Source: Gammaproteobacteria bacterium (GTDB taxonomy: Bacteria > Pseudomonadota > Gammaproteobacteria > Steroidobacterales > Rariloculaceae). From it: 64,000 nucleotides of DNA. The notes under the pieces are model-generated. The model was not told the DNA's origin and ran no database searches. It was given only the letters and a program-made list of their open reading frames with translations. Below, piece by piece: positions 54,075 through 62,217 of the stretch. The translations under genes were made by a program, and so were the position numbers. The DNA is taken from the NCBI GenBank assembly GCA_035513215.1, contig DATKCK010000029.1, forward strand, positions 1,075-65,074, in the 5' to 3' direction. Positions within the stretch are counted from its first letter, which is position 1. Each line of letters begins with the position of its first letter.

Positions 54075-54929
54075 ATGGCGCCGGACCCCGCTACGAAGGT
54101 GCCGAAATACAAACCGCCGTCCGGCGCCTGCGACGCTCACTGCCATATCTTCGGTCCCGGCGATGTCTATCCCTACGCTCCGGACAGAAGCTACACGCCG
54201 CCCGATGCTCCGCTCGCCCGGTTCAAGGAGCTACAGGCGACGCTCGGGCTCGAACGCGCCGTGCTCGTCAACGCGAGCTGCCACGGCACCGACAACACTG
54301 TCATTCTCGACGCGATTGCGCAAAGCAACGGGCAGTATCGCGGCGTCGCGAACGTCGACGCGGCGATCACGGACGCGGAGCTTGAGCGCCTGGACGAAGG
54401 CGGCGTCCGCGGTATTCGCTTCAACTTCGTCCAGCACCTCGGCGGCACGCCGGATCTCGGCGAGTTCGATGCGCTCGTGCATCGCATCGTGCCGCTCGGG
54501 TGGCACGTCGTTTTGCACTTCGACGCGAAGGACCTCGTCGATTTCGGCGACATGCTGCGCGATCTTCCCGTGCCTTTCATTATCGACCACATGGGCCGCG
54601 TGCCGACGAAGGACGGCCTCGATCAGAAGCCGTTCAGGATATTGCTCGATACGGCCCGGATGGACAACTGCTGGGTCAAGATCTGCGGTGCCGAGCGGGT
54701 CTCGTCGGTCGGGCCGCCGTTCACCGACGCCGTGCCGTTCGCCCAAGCCGTGATCGAGGTCGCGCCGCAGCGCACGCTCTGGGGCACCGACTGGCCGCAT
54801 CCGAACATCAAGCGCCACATGCCGAACGACGGCGATCTCGTCGATCTGATCCCGCTCTTCATGCCGGATCCTGCGTTACAGCGGACGGTTCTCGTCGACA
54901 ATCCTCATCGACTTTACGGGTTTGCGTAA
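54075..54929 (+). CDS. ligI: amidohydrolase-2 family 2-pyrone-4,6-dicarboxylate hydrolase (LigI)-like
   Basis: Start trimmed to MAPDPATKVPKYKPPSGACDAHCHIFGP. …ASCHGTDN…, …VIDHMGR… and …WGTDWPHPN… match LigI-type lactonases. Confidence 0.8.
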   Translation: MAPDPATKVPKYKPPSGACDAHCHIFGPGDVYPYAPDRSYTPPDAPLARFKELQATLGLERAVLVNASCHGTDNTVILDAIAQSNGQYRGVANVDAAITDAELERLDEGGVRGIRFNFVQHLGGTPDLGEFDALVHRIVPLGWHVVLHFDAKDLVDFGDMLRDLPVPFIIDHMGRVPTKDGLDQKPFRILLDTARMDNCWVKICGAERVSSVGPPFTDAVPFAQAVIEVAPQRTLWGTDWPHPNIKRHMPNDGDLVDLIPLFMPDPALQRTVLVDNPHRLYGFA

Positions 54930-54940
54930 TGGTGCGTAAT

Positions 54941-54993
54941 GGGGTCAGACCCCTTTCAGCTTTCCGGAGGAAAGCTGAAAGGGGTCTGACCCC
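54941..54993. repeat. REP-like palindromic element, copy C (perfect 25-bp stem, 3-nt loop)
   Basis: GGGGTCAGACCCCTTTCAG-CTTTCC-gga-GGAAAG-CTGAAAGGGGTCTGACCCC. It lies between the convergent ligI and modC genes. Confidence 0.85.
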
Positions 54994-55022
54994 ATCTGCG
55001 ACCGACCCCGTCTGCGACCCCG

Positions 55023-56093
55023 TCACCCGAACGCTTCCAGCGCGACCGTCTTGATCAGCGCATACACCGGCCGGCCCTCGCCGAGCTCGAGCTCGCGGGC
55101 GGCATCGGCCGTCACGCGCGCCTTCAAAAGCTGATCGCCGACCGCGAGGCTGACGAGAACCTGATCGCCGCGGGACGGCTCGAGCTTGCGGACCGTCGCC
55201 GCCAGGCAGTTGCGGATGCTGATTCGCGCGACGGGCTCTGCGGCCAGGATGACGTCGCGCGGATGCACGCGCAGTCGCACGATATCGCCTGGCTGGCCGG
55301 CCATGCGCGGAATGCGAAGCTCTCCCGACGGCAGCGAAGCAATCGTCAGGCCGCCGCTGTGATTCGCGATGCGAGCTTCGAGCACGAGGCCCGGCTCTTC
55401 GAGCCCGGCGAGCAGCTCGAAATCGCCGCGCTCGAGAATCTCGCGGGCGCTGCCTCGCGCGACGACCTTCCCGCCGGCAAGCAGAACGACCGTATCGGCC
55501 AGGTAGACGAGCTCGTCGATATCGTGCGTGACATAGATGATCGGCATGCCGTATCGCCTCGGCAGGCTCCGGATCAGCGGCAGGAGCTCATGCTTGCGGG
55601 ACCGATCGAGCGAGCTCAGCGGCTCATCCATGAGCAGCAGCCCGGGATTCGCGAGCAGGGCTCTGGCAACCGCGACGCGCTGCCGTTCGCCGCCGGAAAG
55701 CGCGCCGGGATATCGGTGCAGCAGCTCATGGAGATCGAAGGTCTCGACGGTCTCGTCGAGGTCGATCGGACCGGTCCGCCCGCCGTGGCGGCGCGGAAAC
55801 TCGAGATTGCCGCGCACGTCGAGATGGGGGAAGAGCCTTCCATCCTGGAACACATAGCCGATCCTGCGGGCTTCGGCCTCGAGTCTCGCTTTCGGTCCGA
55901 GCCATTGCTCGCCACGGCACGTCACGCGACCGCGAGCCGCGGGCTCGAGGCCGGCAATGACGCGCAGGAGCGAAGTCTTCCCCGATCCATTGGCGCCGAA
56001 AACCGCCGTGATCCCCGAAAGGTCGAACGACTCCCTGACCGCGAGCCGGAAGGCCTCGCGGTCGAGTTCGATGTCGAGCTCGAGCAGATCCAT
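55023..56093 (-). CDS. modC: molybdate ABC transporter ATP-binding protein
   Basis: 356 aa. Walker A GANGSGKTS, the LSGGERQRV signature, and a C-terminal TOBE/Mop domain. Confidence 0.9.
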   Translation of the reverse strand: MDLLELDIELDREAFRLAVRESFDLSGITAVFGANGSGKTSLLRVIAGLEPAARGRVTCRGEQWLGPKARLEAEARRIGYVFQDGRLFPHLDVRGNLEFPRRHGGRTGPIDLDETVETFDLHELLHRYPGALSGGERQRVAVARALLANPGLLLMDEPLSSLDRSRKHELLPLIRSLPRRYGMPIIYVTHDIDELVYLADTVVLLAGGKVVARGSAREILERGDFELLAGLEEPGLVLEARIANHSGGLTIASLPSGELRIPRMAGQPGDIVRLRVHPRDVILAAEPVARISIRNCLAATVRKLEPSRGDQVLVSLAVGDQLLKARVTADAARELELGEGRPVYALIKTVALEAFG

Positions 56094-56773
56094 CAGGCCG
56101 GATACCGAATCGGAATGCGGCGATTCAGCCCGAAAATCAGAAGCAGCAGCAGGAAGGAAAAAACGAGCAAGCCCGCCGAAAGAATATGCGCCTGCGCGTA
56201 ATCGATCGTCTCGACGTGCTCGAAGACGGCGATCGAGATCACCTTCGTGCGTCCCGGGATATTACCCCCGACCATCAGCACAACGCCGAACTCGCCGAGC
56301 GTGTGGGCGAAGACGAGAACGATTGCGGACAGATATCCGCGCGCCGCCAGCGGCAACGCGACATTGACGAATCGCTTCGACGCGGTAGCGCCGAGCGTCG
56401 CCGCCGCCTCGAGCGGCCCGCGGCCGACGGCTTCGAATGCGCCCTGTAGCGGTTGCACGGCAAAAGGCAGTGAGTAGAGGATCGACGCGACGACGAGCCC
56501 GGCGAACGAGAACGTCAGCGTTGAATCGGTGACCTCGACCCAGAGCCGGCCGATCCATCCGGCGGGACCGAGCAGTATCAGCAGATAGAACCCGAGAACC
56601 GTCGGCGGCAGCACGAGCGGCAGCGCGACCACGGCCTCCACGGGAGCGCGGGCGCGGCTGCGCGTAAACGCGAGCCACCAGGCGAGCGGCGTCGCGATCA
56701 GGAGCAGGCAAAGGACGGTCGCGACACCGAGTTTGAGGCTCACCCAAAGCGGGCCGAGCTCGAGCTCAGGCAT
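56093..56773 (-). CDS. modB: molybdate ABC transporter permease
   Basis: 226 aa. EAA-loop …LEAAATLGA… and a 1-nt overlap with modC. Confidence 0.9.
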   Translation of the reverse strand: MPELELGPLWVSLKLGVATVLCLLLIATPLAWWLAFTRSRARAPVEAVVALPLVLPPTVLGFYLLILLGPAGWIGRLWVEVTDSTLTFSFAGLVVASILYSLPFAVQPLQGAFEAVGRGPLEAAATLGATASKRFVNVALPLAARGYLSAIVLVFAHTLGEFGVVLMVGGNIPGRTKVISIAVFEHVETIDYAQAHILSAGLLVFSFLLLLLIFGLNRRIPIRYPA

Positions 56774-56807
56774 GGCGCAATGTTGCCACGTGCTATGCTG
56801 ATCTCAA

Positions 56808-57398
56808 ATGAAAAGAAGAATAGTCGTTGCGCTTACCGGCGCAAGCGGCGCGGTCTACGGCGTGCGTCTGCTCGAAGAGCTGAGAGAGGCGAACGACGTG
56901 GAGACGCATCTCGTCGTGTCGAACGCCGCCTGGCTCAATCTCGCGACCGAGCTCGATGTCGGCCGCGCCCGGGTCGAAGCGCTGGCCGACTTCTCGTACT
57001 CGGATAAGGACATCGGGGCCTCGATTGCGAGCGGGTCGTTCAGGACCGATGCGATGGTCGTCGCGCCTTGCTCGATGCGGACGCTGGCGGGCGTCGCGAC
57101 CGGGCTTGCCGGCTCGCTCATTACGCGCGCGGCCGACGTGACGCTGAAGGAGCGGCGGCGGCTCCTGCTGGTAACGCGAGAGGCGCCGCTCCACGTCGTG
57201 CATCTGCGGAACATGGTCACCGTCACGGAGATGGGCGGAATCATATTTCCGCCCGTGCCGGCGTTTTACGTCGGGCTCGACAGCCTCGACGCGATGGTCG
57301 ATCAGACGGTCGGCCGCGTGCTCGAGCTGATCGGCATCGACTCGCCGTTGCTCAGACGATGGGAAGGGATGAAGCCGGGGCGAGCCCCCGAGGACTGA
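56808..57398 (+). CDS. ubiX: flavin prenyltransferase UbiX
   Basis: 196 aa. MKRRIVVALTGASGAVYGVRLLE… and …VAPCSMRTLAG…. Confidence 0.9.
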   Translation: MKRRIVVALTGASGAVYGVRLLEELREANDVETHLVVSNAAWLNLATELDVGRARVEALADFSYSDKDIGASIASGSFRTDAMVVAPCSMRTLAGVATGLAGSLITRAADVTLKERRRLLLVTREAPLHVVHLRNMVTVTEMGGIIFPPVPAFYVGLDSLDAMVDQTVGRVLELIGIDSPLLRRWEGMKPGRAPED

Positions 57399-57407
57399 AG
57401 TCTGCGC

Positions 57408-57683
57408 TCAGTCCGTGTAGACGACGAGGATGTTCTTGCGCTCCGCGTAACAGGTCGCGAAGCCGAGCGCCTCGTCCGTCGACATCGGCTGCCTCAGGAT
57501 CAGCGTCTTGACGTGGACGCCCTTGGAGGCGCCGTTGAGGCGCTGCTTCTCGACGAACCGCTGAATCGTGGCCAAGGTGACGGTGTCGTCGAGTGGATCG
57601 TTGCACGTGCTGACGCGCAAATAGTCGCTCTCGGGATGATCCCGTGATTCGAGTTGTGGCACGATTCTGACCGCCATGTCCAA
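57408..57683 (-). CDS. hypothetical small protein
   Basis: 91-aa ORF (the start may be Met3). No family recognised. Lower-GC sequence lies upstream. Confidence 0.4.
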   Translation of the reverse strand: MDMAVRIVPQLESRDHPESDYLRVSTCNDPLDDTVTLATIQRFVEKQRLNGASKGVHVKTLILRQPMSTDEALGFATCYAERKNILVVYTD

Positions 57684-57848
57684 ACTCCCGCAAAAGCCTC
57701 CAGACCTCGGGTCTTTTGAAGCAAGAGCTGTGCCAAACGGCCGGATGGGTACCTGCGGGGGATTTTTCGGGATTTATGTTCAATGATACTGACGCGCCAT
57801 GTCGGTTCCTGACACGGTGCGGGGCGGGCGCGCGGGCATCGACGGCCT

Positions 57849-58433
57849 TCAGCGCTGACTGGTCGGGGGCCCGATGATGCTGAGGAACTCGCCGCGCGTG
57901 CGTGGATCCGAGCGGAACTGGCCGAGGAGCTGACTCGTGATCATCGACACGCCGTGCTTGCGCACGCCTCGCGTCGTCATGCATTGATGCTCGCCTTCGA
58001 TGACGACGCCGACCCCTTTGGGCATCAGTACGTCCTGGATGCAATTGGCGATCTGGGCCGTCATCGACTCCTGAACCTGAAGACGCCGGGCGAAGGCCTC
58101 CACGACGCGGGCCAGCTTGCTGATGCCGACGACCTTTCGGTCCGGCAGGTAGCCGACATGGGCCCGGCCGATGATCGGTGCCATGTGATGCTCGCAGTGC
58201 GATTCGAACTCGATGTCCCGCAGCACGATCATCTCGTCGTAGCCGTCGACCTCCTCGAACGTGCGCCGGAGGAAGTCCACGGGGTCCTCCTGGTAGCCGC
58301 TGCACCAGTCCTCCCAGGCGCGCGCGACGCGGCCGGGCGTCCCGCGTAATCCCTCGCGGTCCGGATCCTCGCCTACCCAGAGCAATAGGGTTCTGATGGC
58401 GTTCTCTGCTTCTTTTCTGGATGGTCGACTCAA
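57849..58433 (-). CDS. folE: GTP cyclohydrolase I
   Basis: Start moved to the TTG at 58433, with a GAGG 8 nt upstream ([17 protein letters not shown]…). The core motif …[12 protein letters not shown]… is present. Confidence 0.9.
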   Translation of the reverse strand: MSRPSRKEAENAIRTLLLWVGEDPDREGLRGTPGRVARAWEDWCSGYQEDPVDFLRRTFEEVDGYDEMIVLRDIEFESHCEHHMAPIIGRAHVGYLPDRKVVGISKLARVVEAFARRLQVQESMTAQIANCIQDVLMPKGVGVVIEGEHQCMTTRGVRKHGVSMITSQLLGQFRSDPRTRGEFLSIIGPPTSQR

Positions 58434-58485
58434 TGCGGTAACCTCGATGATGTCAGACGGTCTCGAATCCGCTCGGCGGCAGTCT

Positions 58486-59307
58486 ATGTTGACCAAAATC
58501 GGTGCGCAACACGCGGGCATGCGGGTTTTCCGCAGCGAGCGGGCAGGTTATCGTGTGCCGGTGAATCCGATCTCGGCGCCTAAATGGCCGGACGACCCGG
58601 CTCTCTTCCTCGATCTCGACGGCACTCTTCTCGATTTCGCGCCCGAACCGGCCGCCGTGCAGGTCCCCGCGCGACTTCGCGCGATTCTCGCCGAGCTGTC
58701 GTCGGTCACCGATGGCGCCGTTGCGTTCGTCAGCGGCCGCACGCTGGCGGACCTCGACCGGATCCTCGGCGATGGACGGTTCCCGCTGGCTGCGGTCCAC
58801 GGTATCGAGCGACGCGACGCCGAGGGGAGGTTGTCGCGAGAGGCAGCAGACGTCGCGGCCCTCGACCGCATGCATGGCGCGCTCGAGAACGTCATGACGC
58901 ACTATCCCCTGGCTCTCCTCGAGCACAAGGGCGTCGCGCTCGCGATCCACTACCGTCGCTGCCCGGAAGTCGAGCAGCAACTCGTCGAGGCCGTCGAAAG
59001 ACGGCTCGACGGGATCGGCTCCGAGCTGAAGCTCATGCGCGGCAACAAAGTGCTCGAGATCAAGCCGGGATCGGGAAACAAGGGAACGGCGATCACGGCG
59101 TTCATGAAGGAGCCGCCTTTCAGCGGCCGCACGCCCGTCTTCGTCGGCGATGACGTCACCGACGAGGACGGATTCCGCGTCGTCAACGAGCTCGGCGGCG
59201 TCTCCGTCAAGGTAGATGCCGGGCCGAGCTGCGCGAGCTATCGCCTGCCGGATACGAAGGCCGTCCTCGACTGGATCGATCAGCTCCTGGCTAGAGGCAG
59301 GACATGA
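58486..59307 (+). CDS. otsB: trehalose-6-phosphate phosphatase
   Basis: HAD motif [13 protein letters not shown] and …[12 protein letters not shown]…. The start is uncertain (ATG 58486 or 58519). 4-nt overlap with the next gene. Confidence 0.8.
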   Translation: MLTKIGAQHAGMRVFRSERAGYRVPVNPISAPKWPDDPALFLDLDGTLLDFAPEPAAVQVPARLRAILAELSSVTDGAVAFVSGRTLADLDRILGDGRFPLAAVHGIERRDAEGRLSREAADVAALDRMHGALENVMTHYPLALLEHKGVALAIHYRRCPEVEQQLVEAVERRLDGIGSELKLMRGNKVLEIKPGSGNKGTAITAFMKEPPFSGRTPVFVGDDVTDEDGFRVVNELGGVSVKVDAGPSCASYRLPDTKAVLDWIDQLLARGRT

Positions 59308-61094
59308 GCAGCCTCGATCTCGGTGTCATCGGCAACTGCCAGATCGCGGTCCTCGTCGATAAGGTCGGCCGCTACGTCTGGGGATGCTTCCCGCGCTATG
59401 ACAGCGACCCGGTGTTCTGCTCTCTGCTGAACTCGGACGACGGCGGCGATCGATTCGGGTTTTTCGACATCGAGCTACAGGACTTCGCTCGTTCGGAGCA
59501 GGCCTATGTCGAGAACACGGCCATATTGAGCACCACGCTGATCGACGGCACGGGAGGCGCAGTCAGAATCATCGACTATGCACCACGCTACTCTCAGTAC
59601 GGCCGAAGCTTTCATCCGATCATGGTCATCAGGCAGGTCGTTCCCGTCGGGGGCGCCCCGGCGATCCGAATCCGGCTGCGTCCGGCCACCGACTACGGCA
59701 GCCGGAGGCCGGCCGTGACGCACGGAAGCAATCACATCCGGTTCGAGAGCGGCGACTATCGGATGCGTCTCACGACCAACGCGCAGCTCTCAGCCATCCT
59801 CGAGGAGCGCGTCGTGATGCTGCAAAAGCCGATCACGCTGATACTCGGGCCGGATGAGACCATCTCCGAGAGTCCCGACAAGATCAATCGGGAAATGTGC
59901 GGCGAAACGCAGAGCTACTGGCAAGGATGGACCCGCGCGCTCTCCATTCCGTTCGAGTGGCAGCGAGAGGTCATACGAGCGGCGATCACGCTCAAGCTGT
60001 GCACCTACGAGGACACCGGCGCGGTGCTGGCCGCCCTCACGACCTCGATCCCCGAGGCGCCGGACAGCGGCCGAAACTGGGACTACCGATATTGCTGGCT
60101 GCGGGACAGCTACTACACCGTTCAGGCATTGAACCGCCTCGGCGCAACCAAGACCATGGAGGAGTTTCTTCGATACATCTTCAATATCGTTGCGGCTCAC
60201 GGTAAGGGCGACATGCTGCAGCCCGTCTACGGAATCTCGGGGGAAGCCGATCTGTCCGAGCGTTCGGTTCCGGGGCTCGAAGGCTATCGCGGCATGGGAC
60301 CCGCGCGCGTCGGCAACGATGCCTATCTCCAGGTGCAGAACGACAGCTACGGCGCGGCGATCATGGCCGCGACGCAGAGCTTCTTCGATTCGCGTCTCGT
60401 CGATCGCCGCGGCCGGCGCGAGTTCGAATGGCTCGAGTCGCTGGGGCGTCGCGCGGCGGAGCTCTACGACAAGCCGGATGCGGGCCTCTGGGAGTATCGC
60501 GGACGCAGCCGGGTTCATACCTATTCGAGCGTCATGTGCTGGGCCGCCTGCGATCGCCTCGCGCGAATCGCTTCGCGCCTCGGTCTGACGGATCGCGCCG
60601 CATTCTGGACTCGCGAAGCCGCCGGCATTCAGAGGACGGTGCTCGAGAAGGCGTGGAGCGAGAAGCGCAAGTCGCTGGTCGCGAGCTTCGACGACGAGCA
60701 GCTCGACGCGAGCCTGCTGACGCTCGCGGATCTCGGTTTCATCGAGGCCCAGGATCCCCGCTTTCTCGCGACCGTGGCGGCGATCGAAAAGGAGCTGAAG
60801 CACGGGCCCTATCTGTTTCGCTATATGTCCGAGGACGACTTCGGCGCGCCTGTGACGGCATTCAATATCTGCACATTCTGGTATATCAATGCCTTGGCGG
60901 CCATCGGCCGGCGCGAGGAGGCGCGGGAGCTGTTCGAGAACATGCTCGCGCGCCGCACGACCCAGGGACTGTTGTCGGAGGATCTCAGCCCGGCGACGGG
61001 CGAGCTCTGGGGAAACTTCCCGCAAACTTACAGCATGGTCGGCATAATCTCCGCGGCGATGCGACTCAGCAAGACCTGGGAGCAGGCACTTTGA
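59304..61094 (+). CDS. glycoside hydrolase family 15 protein (glucoamylase/trehalase-like)
   Basis: 596 aa. …NWDYRYCWLRDSYYTV…, …GLWEYRG… and …GNFPQTYSMVG…. Confidence 0.85.
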   Translation: MSSLDLGVIGNCQIAVLVDKVGRYVWGCFPRYDSDPVFCSLLNSDDGGDRFGFFDIELQDFARSEQAYVENTAILSTTLIDGTGGAVRIIDYAPRYSQYGRSFHPIMVIRQVVPVGGAPAIRIRLRPATDYGSRRPAVTHGSNHIRFESGDYRMRLTTNAQLSAILEERVVMLQKPITLILGPDETISESPDKINREMCGETQSYWQGWTRALSIPFEWQREVIRAAITLKLCTYEDTGAVLAALTTSIPEAPDSGRNWDYRYCWLRDSYYTVQALNRLGATKTMEEFLRYIFNIVAAHGKGDMLQPVYGISGEADLSERSVPGLEGYRGMGPARVGNDAYLQVQNDSYGAAIMAATQSFFDSRLVDRRGRREFEWLESLGRRAAELYDKPDAGLWEYRGRSRVHTYSSVMCWAACDRLARIASRLGLTDRAAFWTREAAGIQRTVLEKAWSEKRKSLVASFDDEQLDASLLTLADLGFIEAQDPRFLATVAAIEKELKHGPYLFRYMSEDDFGAPVTAFNICTFWYINALAAIGRREEARELFENMLARRTTQGLLSEDLSPATGELWGNFPQTYSMVGIISAAMRLSKTWEQAL

Positions 61095-61132
61095 CGCGAC
61101 TCGTCGCCGTCTCGAACCGTCCGGAAGCATGA
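61091..61132 (+). pseudogene. otsA: 13-codon 5' remnant of trehalose-6-phosphate synthase gene
   Basis: The TTG overlaps the GH15 stop (TTGA) and reads (M)TRLVAVSNRPEA*. The conserved OtsA N-terminus is MSRLVVVSNR… (E. coli, from memory). The stop is part of the ATGA overlap with the next gene's start. Confidence 0.5.
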
Positions 61133-62217
61133 TGAACTCACTCCACCTCGTCGAACGATTCGCGACCTGTCGCGAGGACGGCGAGGCGCTCGTGCTGGTC
61201 ACGGTCTACGAGACGCTCGGTTCGACCTATAGCAAGGCCGGCGCGCGCATGCTGATCACGGCCGGCGGCGATAGCCAGGGGCTCGTCAGCGGCGGATGCC
61301 TGGAGGGGGATCTCGCGGAGCGCGCGCGTCGCGTTCTCGACGAGAAGCGCGCCGCAACGGTCACCTACGATCTCCGCGACGAGGCCGACGAGCTGTTCGG
61401 GCTCGGCATCGGTTGCAACGGGCTCATCAGCGTGCTGCTTCAGCCTGCCGACTCTGCCGGGGCGTACGAGCCGCTGACGTCGATCACCGAGGCGCTGCTC
61501 GGCCGGACGAGGGCCGCCCTTGCCACTGTCGTCGAGTCGCGGGTCGGGGAGCTCGGAATCGGCGCGACGATCGTACGGATCGGTAACCAAACGCGTGCGT
61601 TCGGCGTGCCGTTGCGATTCGAATCGACGCTCGCGGGCGGATGCCGCGCCGCGGCCGAGCAGCGACAGGCGGCTCTCGTCAGCGAGCCCGAAGGGTTCCG
61701 CGTGCTTTACGTGCCGCTCACGCCTGTGCCCCGCGTTCTGATACTCGGCGCCGGCCTCGATGCCGTGCCGCTCGTCAACGTTCTCGCCGAGCTCGGCTGG
61801 CGGGTCTCGATTGCCGACCACCGTCCGGCCTATCTCGAGCGGCGGGGCCTCGAGCGCGCCGAGTCGAAGCGCGCGGTCAGGCCCGAGATGCTGGCGGACG
61901 ACCTCGATATCGACGTCGACGCCGGATTCGATGCGATCGTCATCATGAGCCATCATCTGGCGACGGACCGCGAGTACCTGCGCCAGCTCGCGCGTGTCGA
62001 CGTGCCTTATATCGGATTGCTCGGTCCGCCGGCCCGCAAGCGGCGCTTGCTCGACGACCTCGGCAACGAGGCCGGGGCGCTGACTGGCCGCCTCAGAGGC
62101 CCCGTTGGAATCGACATCGGCGCGGACTCCGCGGAGTCGATAGCCGTCTCGATCGCGGCCGAGATTCAGCAGGTGCTCGTCACGGCCGTCGGATCTGACT
62201 TTCGTCGAACAGCTTGA
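61129..62217 (+). CDS. XdhC/CoxI-family molybdoenzyme maturation protein
   Basis: 362 aa. N-terminal XdhC_CoxI domain (…ALVLVTVYETLGSTYSKAGARMLI…) and a C-terminal Rossmann-like domain (RVLILGAGLDAVPL). Confidence 0.8.
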   Translation: MMNSLHLVERFATCREDGEALVLVTVYETLGSTYSKAGARMLITAGGDSQGLVSGGCLEGDLAERARRVLDEKRAATVTYDLRDEADELFGLGIGCNGLISVLLQPADSAGAYEPLTSITEALLGRTRAALATVVESRVGELGIGATIVRIGNQTRAFGVPLRFESTLAGGCRAAAEQRQAALVSEPEGFRVLYVPLTPVPRVLILGAGLDAVPLVNVLAELGWRVSIADHRPAYLERRGLERAESKRAVRPEMLADDLDIDVDAGFDAIVIMSHHLATDREYLRQLARVDVPYIGLLGPPARKRRLLDDLGNEAGALTGRLRGPVGIDIGADSAESIAVSIAAEIQQVLVTAVGSDFRRTA

